From assembly GCA_963668355.1 (NCBI GenBank), contig OY764265.1:2080001-2144000 (forward strand): a stretch of DNA of 64,000 nt, written 5' to 3'. Shown here one piece after another: positions 28,586 to 40,189 of this stretch. How positions within the stretch are numbered: the first letter of the stretch is position 1; each line of letters opens with the position of its first letter. The notes beneath the pieces were generated by a model, which had not been told where the DNA came from, did not search any database, and worked only from the letters and a program-made list of their open reading frames with translations. The position numbers were made by a program, and so were the translations under genes. This DNA comes from Bdellovibrionota bacterium. Its GTDB lineage: Bacteria; Bdellovibrionota_G; JALEGL01; DATDPG01.

Positions 28586-30070
28586 ATGCGTAAGGTTTTG
28601 CATGTGAAGTGGAAGTCTTCGATCCTTGTGTTATTCGCTCTCATTTTCCTTCAATCCGTTTGGCATTTAGGTCTTTGGGCGAAGGGTTTTTCGGCTTTGT
28701 CGACCGACGAGTATTTGCGCCTTTATTTTTCAGCTTCCTGGGCCAACCATCCCAGACTGTTTATTCCGGGTGAGTTTTTACCGGCTTACTTTTACTTATA
28801 TGGAAGCGCAATTGGGTTGGGAGAGAATATTCTTTGGGCGGGGAGAGGGGTGACCCTCCTGCTTTCCCTCACGTTTCTCTTAACGTACTTCGCTTCCGTT
28901 CGACGGTTTTTTCGTTCTTCCACGGTCGCGCTTTTTTCCCTCGGTCTTGTGATGTTTTCTCCGCTGTATATGCGGATTTCAACCACGCCTTTGTCCGAGA
29001 TTGGCGCGTTAGCCTTCATGTTTCTTTCGATATTTTTCTTTGTGCGTTGGAAACAGAAGGAGGCTTCTGGAGTTTTGGATGTCAACTTGGGGTGCGTGAT
29101 TCTGGGACTATTGGCGGGCAATTTACTTCGATATGAATCCTGGGTTTTCTCGATTGTCCTTCTGGCCTTCATATGGGTTGAGATTTTGCGGAAACACCCA
29201 ACGTTTTGGGAGTTGTTGCTTGGGGCTCTGTGTTCAATGCTGCCGATAGGTGCCATTGCAGGATGGCTCATGATCGGGCAGGTCTATTTTTCCAATCCGA
29301 CAAAGTTCATTCCCAAAACCCCGGTCGATTCTTTGGATGAGATGTTTCGATATTTGTTGTTGTATCCGAAGTTGATTCTTGGGTTATATCCTTTGCTTTT
29401 CGGGGGAATTCTTCTGATGCTGGGAAGGTTTAGGAGGGTTTTTCGAAAAAATGACTCCCGAATTTTTTGGGGTTTGAGTTCCGTCTTTTTCGTTTTCTTG
29501 GCCTATGTCAGCCTAAGGTATGGCCGCCATCATGTCATATTGCCTGAGCGGACATTGTTGTTCTTTGTTGTGTTTGTCTCCCCTTTGGTGGCTTCTGTCT
29601 TGGTCGAAGTCTGGACCTTTCGGAAAAGTCGATGGAAAAGGGGGTCCTTGGTTTTGGCCTCTGTGCTTTGCGTGGTTTGGTCTCACTGGGTTTTTGCATC
29701 TTTGCCGAAGCCGCCGCTTCCCGAAGCTAAGCGAGTGGGAATCTTTTTGAAAAAAACCGTGAAAGAACATGAAAACGTTTTGGTGGAAAAAGTCGGCTGG
29801 GACTGGAGTGTCATTTATGTTGAATCGAATTTGATGGGACAAATCTTTTTTGATCGACGTTCTCTTTTGGGAAAACGTATGACCGCAGATGAATCCCTCA
29901 TTCAACTCTTGTCGAAAAAAGAATTGAGAGAAGCCTTGGTTGAAGGAAACGTGTCGTATGTCGTTTTAAAAACACCAAAGCTCAAAAAAGTTTTTCACCA
30001 AAAATTTCCTACCATCAAGGAGATTAAGAAAGCGTCGTTCTCCATCTATGAATTTGGTCGGAGGGGTTAG
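28586..30070 (+). CDS. Membrane glycosyltransferase, GT-C fold (PMT/ArnT-like)
   Basis: STDE motif after the first TM; LSE and LRYESW motifs; more than 10 TM helices. Confidence 0.7.
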   Translation: MRKVLHVKWKSSILVLFALIFLQSVWHLGLWAKGFSALSTDEYLRLYFSASWANHPRLFIPGEFLPAYFYLYGSAIGLGENILWAGRGVTLLLSLTFLLTYFASVRRFFRSSTVALFSLGLVMFSPLYMRISTTPLSEIGALAFMFLSIFFFVRWKQKEASGVLDVNLGCVILGLLAGNLLRYESWVFSIVLLAFIWVEILRKHPTFWELLLGALCSMLPIGAIAGWLMIGQVYFSNPTKFIPKTPVDSLDEMFRYLLLYPKLILGLYPLLFGGILLMLGRFRRVFRKNDSRIFWGLSSVFFVFLAYVSLRYGRHHVILPERTLLFFVVFVSPLVASVLVEVWTFRKSRWKRGSLVLASVLCVVWSHWVFASLPKPPLPEAKRVGIFLKKTVKEHENVLVEKVGWDWSVIYVESNLMGQIFFDRRSLLGKRMTADESLIQLLSKKELREALVEGNVSYVVLKTPKLKKVFHQKFPTIKEIKKASFSIYEFGRRG

Positions 30071-30085
30071 GGTTTTTTCTTATAA

Positions 30086-30106
30086 GTGGTGGGCGGTACT
30101 GGGATT
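30086..30106 (-). repeat. 21-bp duplicate of the tRNA-Val 3' end (att-like)
   Basis: GTGGTGGGCGGTACTGGGATT identical to 30218-30238. Confidence 0.85.
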
Positions 30107-30218
30107 TACGGACTCTCGTCCGTAGATCCCTAAGGAGAGAATGAACCCACCCACTACGTGGGTACCCGGTTTCATTCTAATATTGCGTAGGACCTTCAAC
30201 CCCGTTTCTGTCGAAACG

Positions 30219-30293
30219 TGGTGGGCGGTACTGGGATTGAACCAGTGACCCTCTGGGTGTAAACCAGATGCTCTCCCGCTGAGCTAACCGCCC
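30219..30293 (-). tRNA. tRNA-Val(TAC)
   Basis: GGGCGGT...ACCGCCC-A-CCA; anticodon loop TT-TAC-AC. Confidence 0.97.
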
Positions 30294-30330
30294 TTTTTTG
30301 GAAGTGATCGGCCTTTTCTCATATTTTTCA

Positions 30331-32799
30331 TCAATGCACAATGCTATCGGGCTTTCCCGTCTTTTTTTTGTCCTTTTCCTCATAAATGGGGAGGTCAAAG
30401 CGGGACATATCTTTAAGAAACTCATCGGGTTTTTTCAGCTCCAGCGCCTGACGAAGCACTTCGTCAGCTTCTCCGGCGAATAGCAACTCCATCTCTTTGC
30501 GAATATGCTCTGGAACTTCCTCGATGTCTTTTTCGTTTTCTTTGGGAATGATGACGGTTCGGATATTTCCCCGATGTGCGGCCAGAATTTTTTCCTTCAA
30601 TCCACCAATGGGGAGGACGCGACCTCGGAGCGTGATTTCTCCAGTCATCGCGACATCCTTTCGCACCGGAATTCCCACCAGCGCAGAGGTGATGGAGGTG
30701 GCCATCGTTACACCCGCGGAAGGTCCATCTTTGGGGATGGCTCCTTCGGGCACATGGATGTGGATGTCGATGTGTTGGTAGAAGTCGTCTTTCAGCCCCA
30801 ACCCTTTGGCTCTGGATCGAACATACGAGAGGGCCGCTTGAGCCGACTCTTGCATGACATCCCCCAGTTTTCCGGTGATGGTGAGTTTTCCCTTTCCGGG
30901 CATGATGGTAACTTCCGTCAGGAGCAAGTCTCCTCCATGTTGCGTCCAAGCCAAGCCCGTCGTGATTCCCACGCCGCTTCGTTCTTCAGCTACACCATAT
31001 CGATGTTTGTGGGGGCCCAAGAAGGTTTTAACTTGGTCGGGGGTGATTTCTAAATGATGTTCTCGACCATGTTTCACTACTTCTTTCGCGACTTTTCGAC
31101 AGACGGAAGAGATCTCTCTTTCCAAATTTCGAACGCCAGACTCTCGGGTGTATCGACGGATGATTTCTCGAAGAGAATCCTCGGTAAACGTGATGTTCTT
31201 GTCGTGAAGACCGTTGGCCGAAATTTGTTTGGGGACGAGATGGCGAATGGCGATTTGCAGCTTTTCTTCTTCCGTGTAACCCGAAAGCTCAATGATTTCC
31301 ATTCGATCCTGCAGGGGCTTTGGAATACTGTATAGGTCGTTCGCTGTGGTTACGAACATGATTCTGGATAAATCATAATCCATATCCAGGTAGTGATCGT
31401 TGAACGTTCCATTTTGTTCGGGGTCCAGAACCTCCAATAAGGCTGCCGAAGGGTCCCCCCGAAAATCCATGGACATCTTATCCACTTCATCAATGAGAAA
31501 CACAGGATTTGACGTTCCAGCTTTCTTTAAGGACTGAATGACTTTTCCGGGCATGGAACCGATGTAGGTTCTTCGATGGCCGCGAATTTCGGCCTCGTCT
31601 CGAACGCCACCAACGGAAAGTCGTACAAATTTTCTCCCAGTCGCACCGGCAATGGACCGTCCCAAGGATGTTTTTCCAACTCCCGGAGGGCCCACAAAGC
31701 ATAGGATGGGTCCGCGCATTTTCTCGACCAATTTTTGTACGGCCAAATATTCTAAGATTCGTTTCTTGGGTTTTTCCAAGCCGAAATGATCTCGGTCGAG
31801 GACCTGTTCGGCGCTTTCAATGTCCAATTTGTCTTCGGAAAAGTGAAACCAAGGAATGGAAAGAACCCAGTCAATGTAATTTCGACAAACGGTGGCTTCA
31901 GCCGACATGGGAGACATCATCTTGAGTTTTTTAAACTCTTTTTCCGTCTTCTCCCGTGCCTCCTTGGACATTTTCTTTTCTTTGATTTGTTCTTCGAGTT
32001 CCTGCATTTCTCCTTTGAACTCGTCGCGTTCTCCTAGCTCCTTCTGAATCGCATTCATCTGCTCATTGAGGTAGTACTCTTTTTGAGTCTTCTCCATTTG
32101 CTTCTTAACGCGGGAACGAATGCGCTTTTCAACTTGGAGGACTTCGATTTCGGACTGCATCAATTGAAGAAGCTTATCGAGCCTCTCAGAGGCGTCAGCC
32201 AGCTCCAAAATTTCCTGCTTGTTTTTCAGTTTGAGCGTTAAGTGTGCCGCGATGGTGTCAGCTAATCGGGAGGGGTCGTCAATGGAGGAAACCGACATCA
32301 ACATTTCAGGAGGGATTTTTTTATTGAGCTTTACATAGGTTTCGAATGTGGAGTGAACGTTTCGCATCAACGATTCGTTCTCGACAGAAACATTTTGAAT
32401 CTCTGTGACTTCCTGGGTTTCGCACATGAAAAACTCTTGTTTTGCGTCGTAATTCGTAATTCGTGCGCGCTTTTTTCCTTCTACGAGGAGTTTTACCGTG
32501 GAATCCGGAAGTCGAAGGAGCTGAACGATGGTTCCTAAGGTTCCCACTTCGTAAATGTCTTCGGGGGTGGGGTCGTTGGTTTTTGCATGTTTTTGAGCCA
32601 CCAAGAGAAGGTCTTTGTCATGGGCCATGGCATATTCCAGAGCCGCAACGGATTTCTTTCGACCGACATAGAGAGGAACAACCATATGAGGAAAAACGAT
32701 GATGTCTCTAAGGGGAAGTAGGGGGATTTTTCGCTTTCCGCCCGCCACAGTTTCCACTTTTTTCTTTTCCACTTTCGATTCCGCAGGTTTTTCTGACAT
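30331..32799 (-). CDS. lon: ATP-dependent Lon protease
   Basis: [24 protein letters not shown]. Confidence 0.98.
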   Translation of the reverse strand: MSEKPAESKVEKKKVETVAGGKRKIPLLPLRDIIVFPHMVVPLYVGRKKSVAALEYAMAHDKDLLLVAQKHAKTNDPTPEDIYEVGTLGTIVQLLRLPDSTVKLLVEGKKRARITNYDAKQEFFMCETQEVTEIQNVSVENESLMRNVHSTFETYVKLNKKIPPEMLMSVSSIDDPSRLADTIAAHLTLKLKNKQEILELADASERLDKLLQLMQSEIEVLQVEKRIRSRVKKQMEKTQKEYYLNEQMNAIQKELGERDEFKGEMQELEEQIKEKKMSKEAREKTEKEFKKLKMMSPMSAEATVCRNYIDWVLSIPWFHFSEDKLDIESAEQVLDRDHFGLEKPKKRILEYLAVQKLVEKMRGPILCFVGPPGVGKTSLGRSIAGATGRKFVRLSVGGVRDEAEIRGHRRTYIGSMPGKVIQSLKKAGTSNPVFLIDEVDKMSMDFRGDPSAALLEVLDPEQNGTFNDHYLDMDYDLSRIMFVTTANDLYSIPKPLQDRMEIIELSGYTEEEKLQIAIRHLVPKQISANGLHDKNITFTEDSLREIIRRYTRESGVRNLEREISSVCRKVAKEVVKHGREHHLEITPDQVKTFLGPHKHRYGVAEERSGVGITTGLAWTQHGGDLLLTEVTIMPGKGKLTITGKLGDVMQESAQAALSYVRSRAKGLGLKDDFYQHIDIHIHVPEGAIPKDGPSAGVTMATSITSALVGIPVRKDVAMTGEITLRGRVLPIGGLKEKILAAHRGNIRTVIIPKENEKDIEEVPEHIRKEMELLFAGEADEVLRQALELKKPDEFLKDMSRFDLPIYEEKDKKKTGKPDSIVH

Positions 32800-32889
32800 C
32801 TATTCCGTCCTTCCACAGGTTTCTGGTATCTGGGTCACCCTATTACATAGGGTCTCTTTTCAAAAGTACAAGGGGGTGTGGCCAAAAAA

Positions 32890-34143
32890 TTAAGCGGATT
32901 CGGCCTCTCTCTGGTACACGATGATCGGTTTTTCCTTGTGGATCACCACTTCCTCGGAGATGACGCATTCCTCAATATTGTCCTTCGAGGGGATTTCATA
33001 CATCAATTCCAACATGATGGACTCCAAGATGGAGCGAAGGCCACGGGCTCCAGATTTTCGGGATAGGGCCTCTTTGGAGATGGCCGCAAGGGCCCCCTTG
33101 GTGAATTTTAGCTTCACGTTTTCGAACTCAAACAATAATTGATATTGGCGAGTGAGGGCGTTTTTCGGCTTCGTTAGAATTTCCATCAATGCCGACTCAT
33201 CCAGTTCATGCAAAGAAGCGATCACGGGAAGACGACCAATGAATTCCGGAATCAAGCCGAATTGAAGGAGATCTTGAGGTTGAGTTTCCAGGAGAAGCTC
33301 GCCGATCTTCTTTTCATGGACATTTCGAACCTTGGCACCAAATCCGATGTTCTTTTCATTGGTACGTTGTTCGATGATCTTGTCCAGGCCCACAAAAGCT
33401 CCGCCACAAATGAACAAGATGTTATTGGTATCGACTTGGAGAAACTCTTGTTGGGGATGTTTGCGTCCGCCTTTAGGGGGAACATTCGCCATCGTTCCTT
33501 CAATGATTTTCAGAAGGGCTTGTTGAACCCCTTCTCCAGATACGTCTCGAGTGATTGAGGGGTTATCTGATTTTCGAGAAATCTTGTCGATTTCATCGAT
33601 GTAAACGATTCCACGCTGCGCACGTTCCACATCATAGTCGGCGTTCTGCAATAAATTTAGAATGATGTTCTCTACGTCTTCTCCGACATAGCCGGCTTCT
33701 GTCAGTGTGGTTGCGTCAACAATGGTAAAGGGCACATTGAGAATTTTGGCCAAGGTTTGGGCCAAGAGCGTTTTCCCTGTTCCCGTGGGGCCCAACAGAA
33801 GAATGTTGGCTTTTTGCAGCTCAACCTCTCCGGCGGCTTGCTTGGATTGAATTCGCTTGTAGTGGTTGTACACCGCGACCGAAAGGATCTTTTTCGCCTT
33901 TTCTTGACCGATGACGTACTCATCCAAAATCTCTTTGATTTCCATGGGCTTTGGAATTCGAGCGCGCCCCGTGTACGTTTCTTCTCGTTCACTTTCCTCG
34001 GCAATGATGTCATTGCAGAGTTCAATGCACTCATCACAGATGTATACGGTTGGACCGGCAATCAGTTTTTTTACTTCTTTCTGACTCTTGCCACAGAAAG
34101 AACAAGAAAGATTGTTGGTTCCTTCGTTTCCTTTTCGATTCAT
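32890..34143 (-). CDS. clpX: ClpX ATPase
   Basis: CSFCGK..ICDEC zinc finger; [11 protein letters not shown] and IGF motifs. Confidence 0.98.
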   Translation of the reverse strand: MNRKGNEGTNNLSCSFCGKSQKEVKKLIAGPTVYICDECIELCNDIIAEESEREETYTGRARIPKPMEIKEILDEYVIGQEKAKKILSVAVYNHYKRIQSKQAAGEVELQKANILLLGPTGTGKTLLAQTLAKILNVPFTIVDATTLTEAGYVGEDVENIILNLLQNADYDVERAQRGIVYIDEIDKISRKSDNPSITRDVSGEGVQQALLKIIEGTMANVPPKGGRKHPQQEFLQVDTNNILFICGGAFVGLDKIIEQRTNEKNIGFGAKVRNVHEKKIGELLLETQPQDLLQFGLIPEFIGRLPVIASLHELDESALMEILTKPKNALTRQYQLLFEFENVKLKFTKGALAAISKEALSRKSGARGLRSILESIMLELMYEIPSKDNIEECVISEEVVIHKEKPIIVYQREAESA

Positions 34144-34760
34144 TATTTTTCGGCTCCAGAAGTCGGTCTTGGATTCATGACTATTGTATCAACGATTCCA
34201 TATTCTTTGGCATCATTTGCACGCATATAATAGTCCCGATCCGTGTCTTTCTGAATCTTTTCAAGGGGTTGGCCCGTTCTTTGGGCCAAAATTTCATTGA
34301 TTTCTTCTCGGATGGCTAGGATTTCTCGGGCTTGAATATCAATGTCGGAGGCCTGTCCTCGAAATCCGCCCAAGGGTTGATGAATCATGATGCGAGAGTG
34401 AGGGAGAGCTCCTCGTTTGCCTTTCTCTCCTGAGGCCAACAATACAGCTGCCATGGATGCGGCCATGCCTACGCAAAAGGTCGAAATGGGGCATCGGACA
34501 TGTTGGATGGTGTCGAAAATGGCCAAGCCAGCATACACAGATCCCCCGGGGGAGTTGATGTAGATATTGATGTCTTTTTCGGGATCTTCGGATTCCAAGT
34601 ATAGAAGCTGGGCGATCATCAGATTGGCAATGTCATCATTGATGGGCGAGCCGAGAAACATGATTCGGTCTTTCAGAAGGCGGCTGTAGATATCGTAGGC
34701 TCGCTCCCCGCGATGCGTTTGCTCGACGACCATGGGGATCAAATTCATTTCAGTGCTCAT
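34143..34760 (-). CDS. clpP: ClpP protease subunit
   Basis: [21 protein letters not shown]. Confidence 0.98.
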   Translation of the reverse strand: MSTEMNLIPMVVEQTHRGERAYDIYSRLLKDRIMFLGSPINDDIANLMIAQLLYLESEDPEKDINIYINSPGGSVYAGLAIFDTIQHVRCPISTFCVGMAASMAAVLLASGEKGKRGALPHSRIMIHQPLGGFRGQASDIDIQAREILAIREEINEILAQRTGQPLEKIQKDTDRDYYMRANDAKEYGIVDTIVMNPRPTSGAEK

Positions 34761-34837
34761 GTGAATTTCCTTCGTGTTTTTTTGAAAAAAACGCGCGCAC
34801 GTTTCGCCACGTCTTTTAAAAAAGTCTTGAATTCCAG

Positions 34838-36118
34838 TTACTTAATAGTAGCTTCGGCCAAAAGGAAATCAAGCGTTTTCTGCGTGAGCATTTGGAAGTG
34901 TAAGTTTTCGATTTGGTTGTTTTTTTCCAAATAGGCTCGGTATTCCGCGAAAGGCGCTTTGGCTTGTCCAGCCATTTCTTTGATGCGCTCATTGATTTCT
35001 TCCGGAGCGACTTCCAAACCTTCTTTTTTGGCAATGGCTTCCATGATGAGTTGATCATGAACCCGCAATTCTGCTTCGGGTTTCATTCGTTCTCGAAGCT
35101 TCTTCTCCGAATATTCTTCGGGGATTTCCTTCATACCGGCCTGTTCCAGTTGCCGCCACAAGTTGTACATCATGGAGAGGAGTTCTCGCTCCACCAAAGA
35201 CTCAGGAAACTCAACGGGATTCTTTTTTCGGAGTTCTTCAAGTGCATTCGTTGCCATGTCCACGCGGTTCTTTTGCTTTAGCTCTTCCTTGAGATCATTC
35301 CGGGCGCGTTCTTTGAGCGCATCGAGATTCTCAAAAGGGCCAACAGACTTAGCAAATTCGTCGTCGATTTTGGGCAAGACTTTTTCTTTGATGGCCTTGA
35401 GGCAAATTCGAAAATGGAGATCTTTGGCTTTTTCTTTCTTGTCCTGTGTTTTGGGCGTGATGGTGACGGCCTTTTCTTCGTCCACTTTCATTTTACTCAA
35501 AGCTTTTTCCATCTGTTCTTGAAGGATTTCTCCTCCCATTTCGTAGAGTCTTTCTTGTGGCTCTTGATCTGGGTGCGTGAGATTTCCTTCTTCGTCCAAA
35601 CCTTGGATCGTGACGGAGACAAAATCTCCCTTTGCGGGAGTTTCAACGCCTTCGCGTTCTTGGAGGATGCCTTGCTCATTTTGCAAGCGCTCCAAAACTT
35701 CGTTCACCTGCTTTTCCGTGATTTTGTCGGAGGTTTTTTTGAGCTTAATGCCTTTGTAATCTTTGGGTTCGAATTGAGGTTTGACTTCAATCGAAGCTGT
35801 GTAGGTCAATCCTTTTCCCTTGTCGTGTTTGTGTTCGGTGATGCGAGGTTGGGCGACGGGCTCCAATTCATTGTCTTGAAAGGCTTTCACCATGGAGTCC
35901 CGAATCAAACTTTCAAAGACCTCGGACTCAACCGCCGTGTGAAATCGCTTTTCCAATACGTTTCGAGGGACTTTTCCTTTTCGAAATCCTGGGATTTGGG
36001 CTTTTTTTGCCAAATCGCGATAGGCCTGGTCAAACTCGGACGAAACTTGTTCTTCCGGAATGGCCACAGAGAGAGTTTTCTTCACCGATGATTCTGATTT
36101 TACGTCAACCTTCAACAT
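34838..36118 (-). CDS. tig: Trigger factor
   Basis: [10 protein letters not shown] ribosome-binding motif; synteny with clpPX. Confidence 0.95.
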   Translation of the reverse strand: MLKVDVKSESSVKKTLSVAIPEEQVSSEFDQAYRDLAKKAQIPGFRKGKVPRNVLEKRFHTAVESEVFESLIRDSMVKAFQDNELEPVAQPRITEHKHDKGKGLTYTASIEVKPQFEPKDYKGIKLKKTSDKITEKQVNEVLERLQNEQGILQEREGVETPAKGDFVSVTIQGLDEEGNLTHPDQEPQERLYEMGGEILQEQMEKALSKMKVDEEKAVTITPKTQDKKEKAKDLHFRICLKAIKEKVLPKIDDEFAKSVGPFENLDALKERARNDLKEELKQKNRVDMATNALEELRKKNPVEFPESLVERELLSMMYNLWRQLEQAGMKEIPEEYSEKKLRERMKPEAELRVHDQLIMEAIAKKEGLEVAPEEINERIKEMAGQAKAPFAEYRAYLEKNNQIENLHFQMLTQKTLDFLLAEATIK

Positions 36119-36372
36119 AGCTGGGGGCTTCTACACGAGACTGGGAAAGGAGTCTATAGGTGAAGATGGTGAGAATCGAAAAAGCTTGCCAGACCCTGGA
36201 TTTTCAGTTTTTATCCCGCGGTTTTTGAGTCTACCTGGGATTTCCCTGAGGTACGCACAAAGTACAGGGCTGCTCAAGATCGGGCGTTCTTGGAAATCTG
36301 ACCTAGATCAGAGGGGTGGATCAAAAACAAACAAAAACAACGAGTTAAATTTTGTTGAGGAGGGGCAAGCTT

Positions 36373-36388
36373 CGGCACGGAGATTGCT
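36373..36388 (+). promoter_or_regulatory. Sigma-54 promoter of the PilZ gene
   Basis: CGGCACGGAGATTGCT; IHF-like AACAAcgagTTA at about 36336-36347. Confidence 0.7.
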
Positions 36389-36402
36389 CTTTTTTTATGG
36401 CG

Positions 36403-36807
36403 ATGAGAACGAAAGAACCCAGATCCCCCCGCGTGAATCACGGCGGCGCTGTGGCGTTCAAGGCCCGAAATCAGCATAATGATCGAGGCCTTGTGAAAAA
36501 CGTGAGTGAAAGCGGGGCTTTGCTCATCTCGCAAAGCAAGTACCTGGAAGGAACAGATCTGGTGGTGTATCTGCCTTTAAATTTGGGAAGTCGCAAAACG
36601 CTTTGCATGGCTTCTGGAAAAATTGTTCGGATTCAAGGAGATCTGCGCAGTGCTCGGGCGTTGGCCTATGGTGTGAAATTCGATGAAGATCTGTCCAATT
36701 CTTCCCGGCAGCTATTGAAAGATTATGTGGCCTTTAAAAAAGACGGAAAAATCGCCGAAAAGGCCGAGAAAAAATCTCCCCGCCGTCTTTCCCCCTTTCG
36801 AGACTAA
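36403..36807 (+). CDS. Stand-alone PilZ-domain protein
   Basis: RSPR (RxxxR-like) and NVSESG motifs; YGVKF; start placed after the sigma-54 site (36397 is an alternative). Confidence 0.8.
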   Translation: MRTKEPRSPRVNHGGAVAFKARNQHNDRGLVKNVSESGALLISQSKYLEGTDLVVYLPLNLGSRKTLCMASGKIVRIQGDLRSARALAYGVKFDEDLSNSSRQLLKDYVAFKKDGKIAEKAEKKSPRRLSPFRD

Positions 36808-36920
36808 ATTCCCTCCCTTAAATCTTCTCAAGATTTCCCCCGTGGGGATTGCAAAGAACGACGCGCCGTGTTAAACGGCCCCCGTTTTTTGAGAAACTCT
36901 ATCCATTTTGAGGCCTAGAT

Positions 36921-38888
36921 ATGAAGATCCGTATGAAGATTCGCCTTGTGTCCGCTTTTGTAGCGTGGGTATTCGCATTCACGACGACATTCCTCTCTTT
37001 TCCCGCATACGCGTTTGAAGATGGAAGTGCCGCGAGAGAGATTGTGGAAACCGCGGGTCAAACGCGACAGCTTTGGCGTCCCATTTTGATTCAGGGGCGT
37101 CAGACCCTCCAAGATCCAGCCACACAAGAAATGCTGACAACCTCTCCGAGTTGGGTGGCCTATGCACAGAACGCTGCAGGTCAATTTCAACCGGTGGGTC
37201 GAATTCTTCGAAATGTGGGAGCTTGCGGCACAGGTATAGGCAGTGGACTTAGTTTAGGCGCTGCGGCTGCGGGCGTGAGTTTGGGAACCGTGTTGGCCGC
37301 TGGCTATGTTGTACTCTTAGGTGGCGTCGCAATCATTGGGATTGCCGGATGGGATGACGAGGTTGCTCAGTGGATTTCGGAGAAAACGGGCTGGGATTTG
37401 ACGGATGCGGAAGTGTTTCCCTCAAGCAATGTCTGTTTGATTCCGGGCCCTTATTATAATCCTGGTGTGGCGTATGCCGATGCCACATCCGTTTATACAG
37501 AACCATCGACGGTCATTTGGACAGGGACCCATCCTCCTTCAGAGTGGAATCTGGAGGAATTGGAAGAAGGGATTGCCGGTACGACGGATGATCCTGATTT
37601 TGCACGTCGATTGTATGAGTGGGTTCAAAAGAGGTTTCGACGCATTCGAAGCGTACAGGTCGCCCCCAGATTTGTGGCCCTTGATGATGCCGCCGGTTCA
37701 TCCAGATCCCCTCGTGGAGTTTCCGCCGACCGAAAGAAAAGAGATAAAAACCCTGAAGCTTTGGATGACGAAGAAATCGAACAATTGCTGAGCGTGGATC
37801 CGGACCAGGTAACCCGTGTTCTCTTGTCCGAATTGCCTCCCGCCCTTTTCGAGGAAGAACTCTTGGTGATGGATGGGGGCGATTTGTTTCCTGCAGAAGA
37901 TTTAAACGACGCCCAAAACGGTTTGGTGCATGACATCACGGCGCTGATCTCTTCGGGTCAGTGGGTCAAGGCTGCCGAATTGATTGAAGGCTTGGGAGAA
38001 TTGGGAAAAGACCCAGATGAGGATGCCTTAGATGGCGTCTCTACCGATGAACTGGGCTTGATGGACGTAGACCCAGAGACGGATTTTGACGAAGGAAAGG
38101 ACACCGACATTTCGCCTGAAGAAGCGGCCGAAATGGTGGTGGCCATGCTTCCTGAACCCTTGCGCTTGGCTTTCGCCGAGATCCTTGAACAAATGTCTGT
38201 GGTTTCGGATTTTCGATCCTTTCCGGATCAAATGCGAAGGGATGTTTTTAAGCGGGTGATGGATTCTTTCGTGTTTGCCGGGCTTGATCCTGAAAACTTT
38301 ATCGATTTTTGGAACAATCTCATTGCTTGGAGTGGGGGAACTTATGGGGACTCTTCTCGAGTGATGCTTCGACGTGTCCAGGAATTGGCCCAGGCACTTT
38401 TAAGAGAAGAAAGTCAACAGAGCATGCTGGGACTCTTATTGACCATGGCGATCACCCTCGAGTTTGTAGATAGCTGGGAGCGATATCGAAGTTCGGCCGA
38501 TAAAGAATCCGGGGAGGATTTCGAAACCATTGCGGCATTGATCATCACGGCCGTGTATGACCTGTTCCCAGATCAAAAAAATGTGTTGGATGCCTTGGTG
38601 TCGACCCATGAAAATAAGAAACGAAGTGACTTGGAAATTATTTCGGAAGAAATGGCTCGGGTCATTCAGGCGCATGCCACAGAGGTGATCGAAGGGACAA
38701 ACGGTTTGCCCAAAGAGATTGCTTACGCTCGCGAGGCCATCATTGAAAAACTTGCCAAGCTAAGTGGTTTGCCAAAAACCAAAACGACACGAATCTATGA
38801 TCGCGTGTTGGAGGATGTCCTTCATTTTGATCGAGATCCCTTGGGGTTTCATCATTCCTTACCCACCCGAACCGATCTTAAAGATTAA
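36921..38888 (+). CDS. Hypothetical secreted acidic protein with Gly/Ala-rich hydrophobic segment
   Basis: 655-aa ORF; signal peptide ending PAYA; GAGG SD. Confidence 0.65.
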   Translation: MKIRMKIRLVSAFVAWVFAFTTTFLSFPAYAFEDGSAAREIVETAGQTRQLWRPILIQGRQTLQDPATQEMLTTSPSWVAYAQNAAGQFQPVGRILRNVGACGTGIGSGLSLGAAAAGVSLGTVLAAGYVVLLGGVAIIGIAGWDDEVAQWISEKTGWDLTDAEVFPSSNVCLIPGPYYNPGVAYADATSVYTEPSTVIWTGTHPPSEWNLEELEEGIAGTTDDPDFARRLYEWVQKRFRRIRSVQVAPRFVALDDAAGSSRSPRGVSADRKKRDKNPEALDDEEIEQLLSVDPDQVTRVLLSELPPALFEEELLVMDGGDLFPAEDLNDAQNGLVHDITALISSGQWVKAAELIEGLGELGKDPDEDALDGVSTDELGLMDVDPETDFDEGKDTDISPEEAAEMVVAMLPEPLRLAFAEILEQMSVVSDFRSFPDQMRRDVFKRVMDSFVFAGLDPENFIDFWNNLIAWSGGTYGDSSRVMLRRVQELAQALLREESQQSMLGLLLTMAITLEFVDSWERYRSSADKESGEDFETIAALIITAVYDLFPDQKNVLDALVSTHENKKRSDLEIISEEMARVIQAHATEVIEGTNGLPKEIAYAREAIIEKLAKLSGLPKTKTTRIYDRVLEDVLHFDRDPLGFHHSLPTRTDLKD

Positions 38889-39099
38889 AGGGACTCTCAC
38901 CGGTGATCGAGTGAAACGCGAGCTTTGCTCGCGTTTTGCGAAGGGGGTGTCGGGGACAAAACCGTTTTTCCTTGAAACGCATGGTCCTTGACTGAGGTAA
39001 ATAAGAATTGAGTGAAAGGACGGCTTTGCCGGACTTTTGCGACGGGATCATTAAGGGGCCCGCCGCTTTAACACATAAGGTGGACCCCTTAATAAAAAA

Positions 39100-39186
39100 T
39101 GGTGCCGACGGAGGGACTCGAACCCCCACAGGATTGCTCCCAACAGGTCCTAAGCCTGTCGTGTCTACCAATTCCACCACGTCGGC
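39100..39186 (-). tRNA. tRNA-Leu(TAG)
   Basis: GCCGACG...CGTCGGC-A-CCA; long variable arm; anticodon loop CT-TAG-GA. Confidence 0.97.
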
Positions 39187-39254
39187 CAAGCGAAGTAGTA
39201 CTAAAGCGTTTCTCGGGCCAATTCAAGCACAAAGAACGACCAAAAGTGAACGTT

Positions 39255-39707
39255 TCACTTTTGGTCGGTTTGGAGGGAGAGGAGTTCTTCGATGGTCGTG
39301 GCCGGGACGATGTGATCCGTATGAACTCCCGGGCAATCTCTTTTGATCTCGTGGTTCCAGACCTTTTCATTCATGTTTTCCGGCCAAAAAGGAAATGTGC
39401 GGCATTGGACGGGACGGGCCTCGTAGATTTGACACCGCCCGTTTTTCCCCAAAAAAATACAGGCTTCTCCTTTGTCCTTTAAGACGACATCGGAAACATC
39501 TTCTCGTGTGTAAGCCCGAAGAAAGTCTTCTTCAGGGAGTTCCAGGAAATTCGCCAGGTTGGAGATGTCTTTTGGCGTCAAGAAGACAAAGTCGTATCCG
39601 CTGTGGTTGGAGCAACACTCCCCACAAGCGGTACAACAAAAGGGCAGACCCTGGGCGTAAAAACTCGATTTATTCAGAGTTTTTTGGGTCTTCTTGGTTT
39701 CGGCCAC
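39255..39707 (-). CDS. YkgJ-family cysteine-cluster (CxxCxxCC) protein; start uncertain
   Basis: CTACGECC, CIFL, CQIYEARPVQCRTFPFW. Confidence 0.85.
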   Translation of the reverse strand: MAETKKTQKTLNKSSFYAQGLPFCCTACGECCSNHSGYDFVFLTPKDISNLANFLELPEEDFLRAYTREDVSDVVLKDKGEACIFLGKNGRCQIYEARPVQCRTFPFWPENMNEKVWNHEIKRDCPGVHTDHIVPATTIEELLSLQTDQK

Positions 39708-39969
39708 AACAACCACAGGTGAGAACTTTATTGTAGATCCAGGCGAACAGAAGTCCCCCAATGGCGCCATCGACAAATCCGTAAACCACTCCGATGGCGA
39801 GGTCCTTGAGGCCATAAACCCCCCAAAATCCTGGATACAGAGAGGCAACTGTTTTTAAAAATCCCCAGCCGTAGGTAGGGGCAAAGCGGTTGAAGACGCC
39901 AACCACCAAAATGAAGCCTGCCCAAATCAAAGCACACGAAATCATGGTTGCTCGAACTGAAAGTTTCAT
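39670..39969 (-). CDS. Small membrane protein
   Basis: Two hydrophobic helices; SLYPGF and GFVDGAIGG..AWIYN motifs. Confidence 0.7.
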   Translation of the reverse strand: MKLSVRATMISCALIWAGFILVVGVFNRFAPTYGWGFLKTVASLYPGFWGVYGLKDLAIGVVYGFVDGAIGGLLFAWIYNKVLTCGCCGRNQEDPKNSE

Positions 39970-40069
39970 AGACCCATTTTCCATCTTTTCCCGCTGGGAG
40001 GCAAAGAAAGAAGTGGCTTGGGGCTGACACAAAGCCTTAAATTGTGTAAGACAGCACCATCTTCATTGA

Positions 40070-40144
<75 letters not shown>

Positions 40145-40189
40145 TTTTTAAATAAAAAAGATTAGACGAGAAGGTAGGAAAATAAAAAA

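Noticed and set aside
39708..39848. N-terminal extension of the YkgJ-family ORF
   Set aside because: Overlaps the upstream membrane-protein gene in another frame
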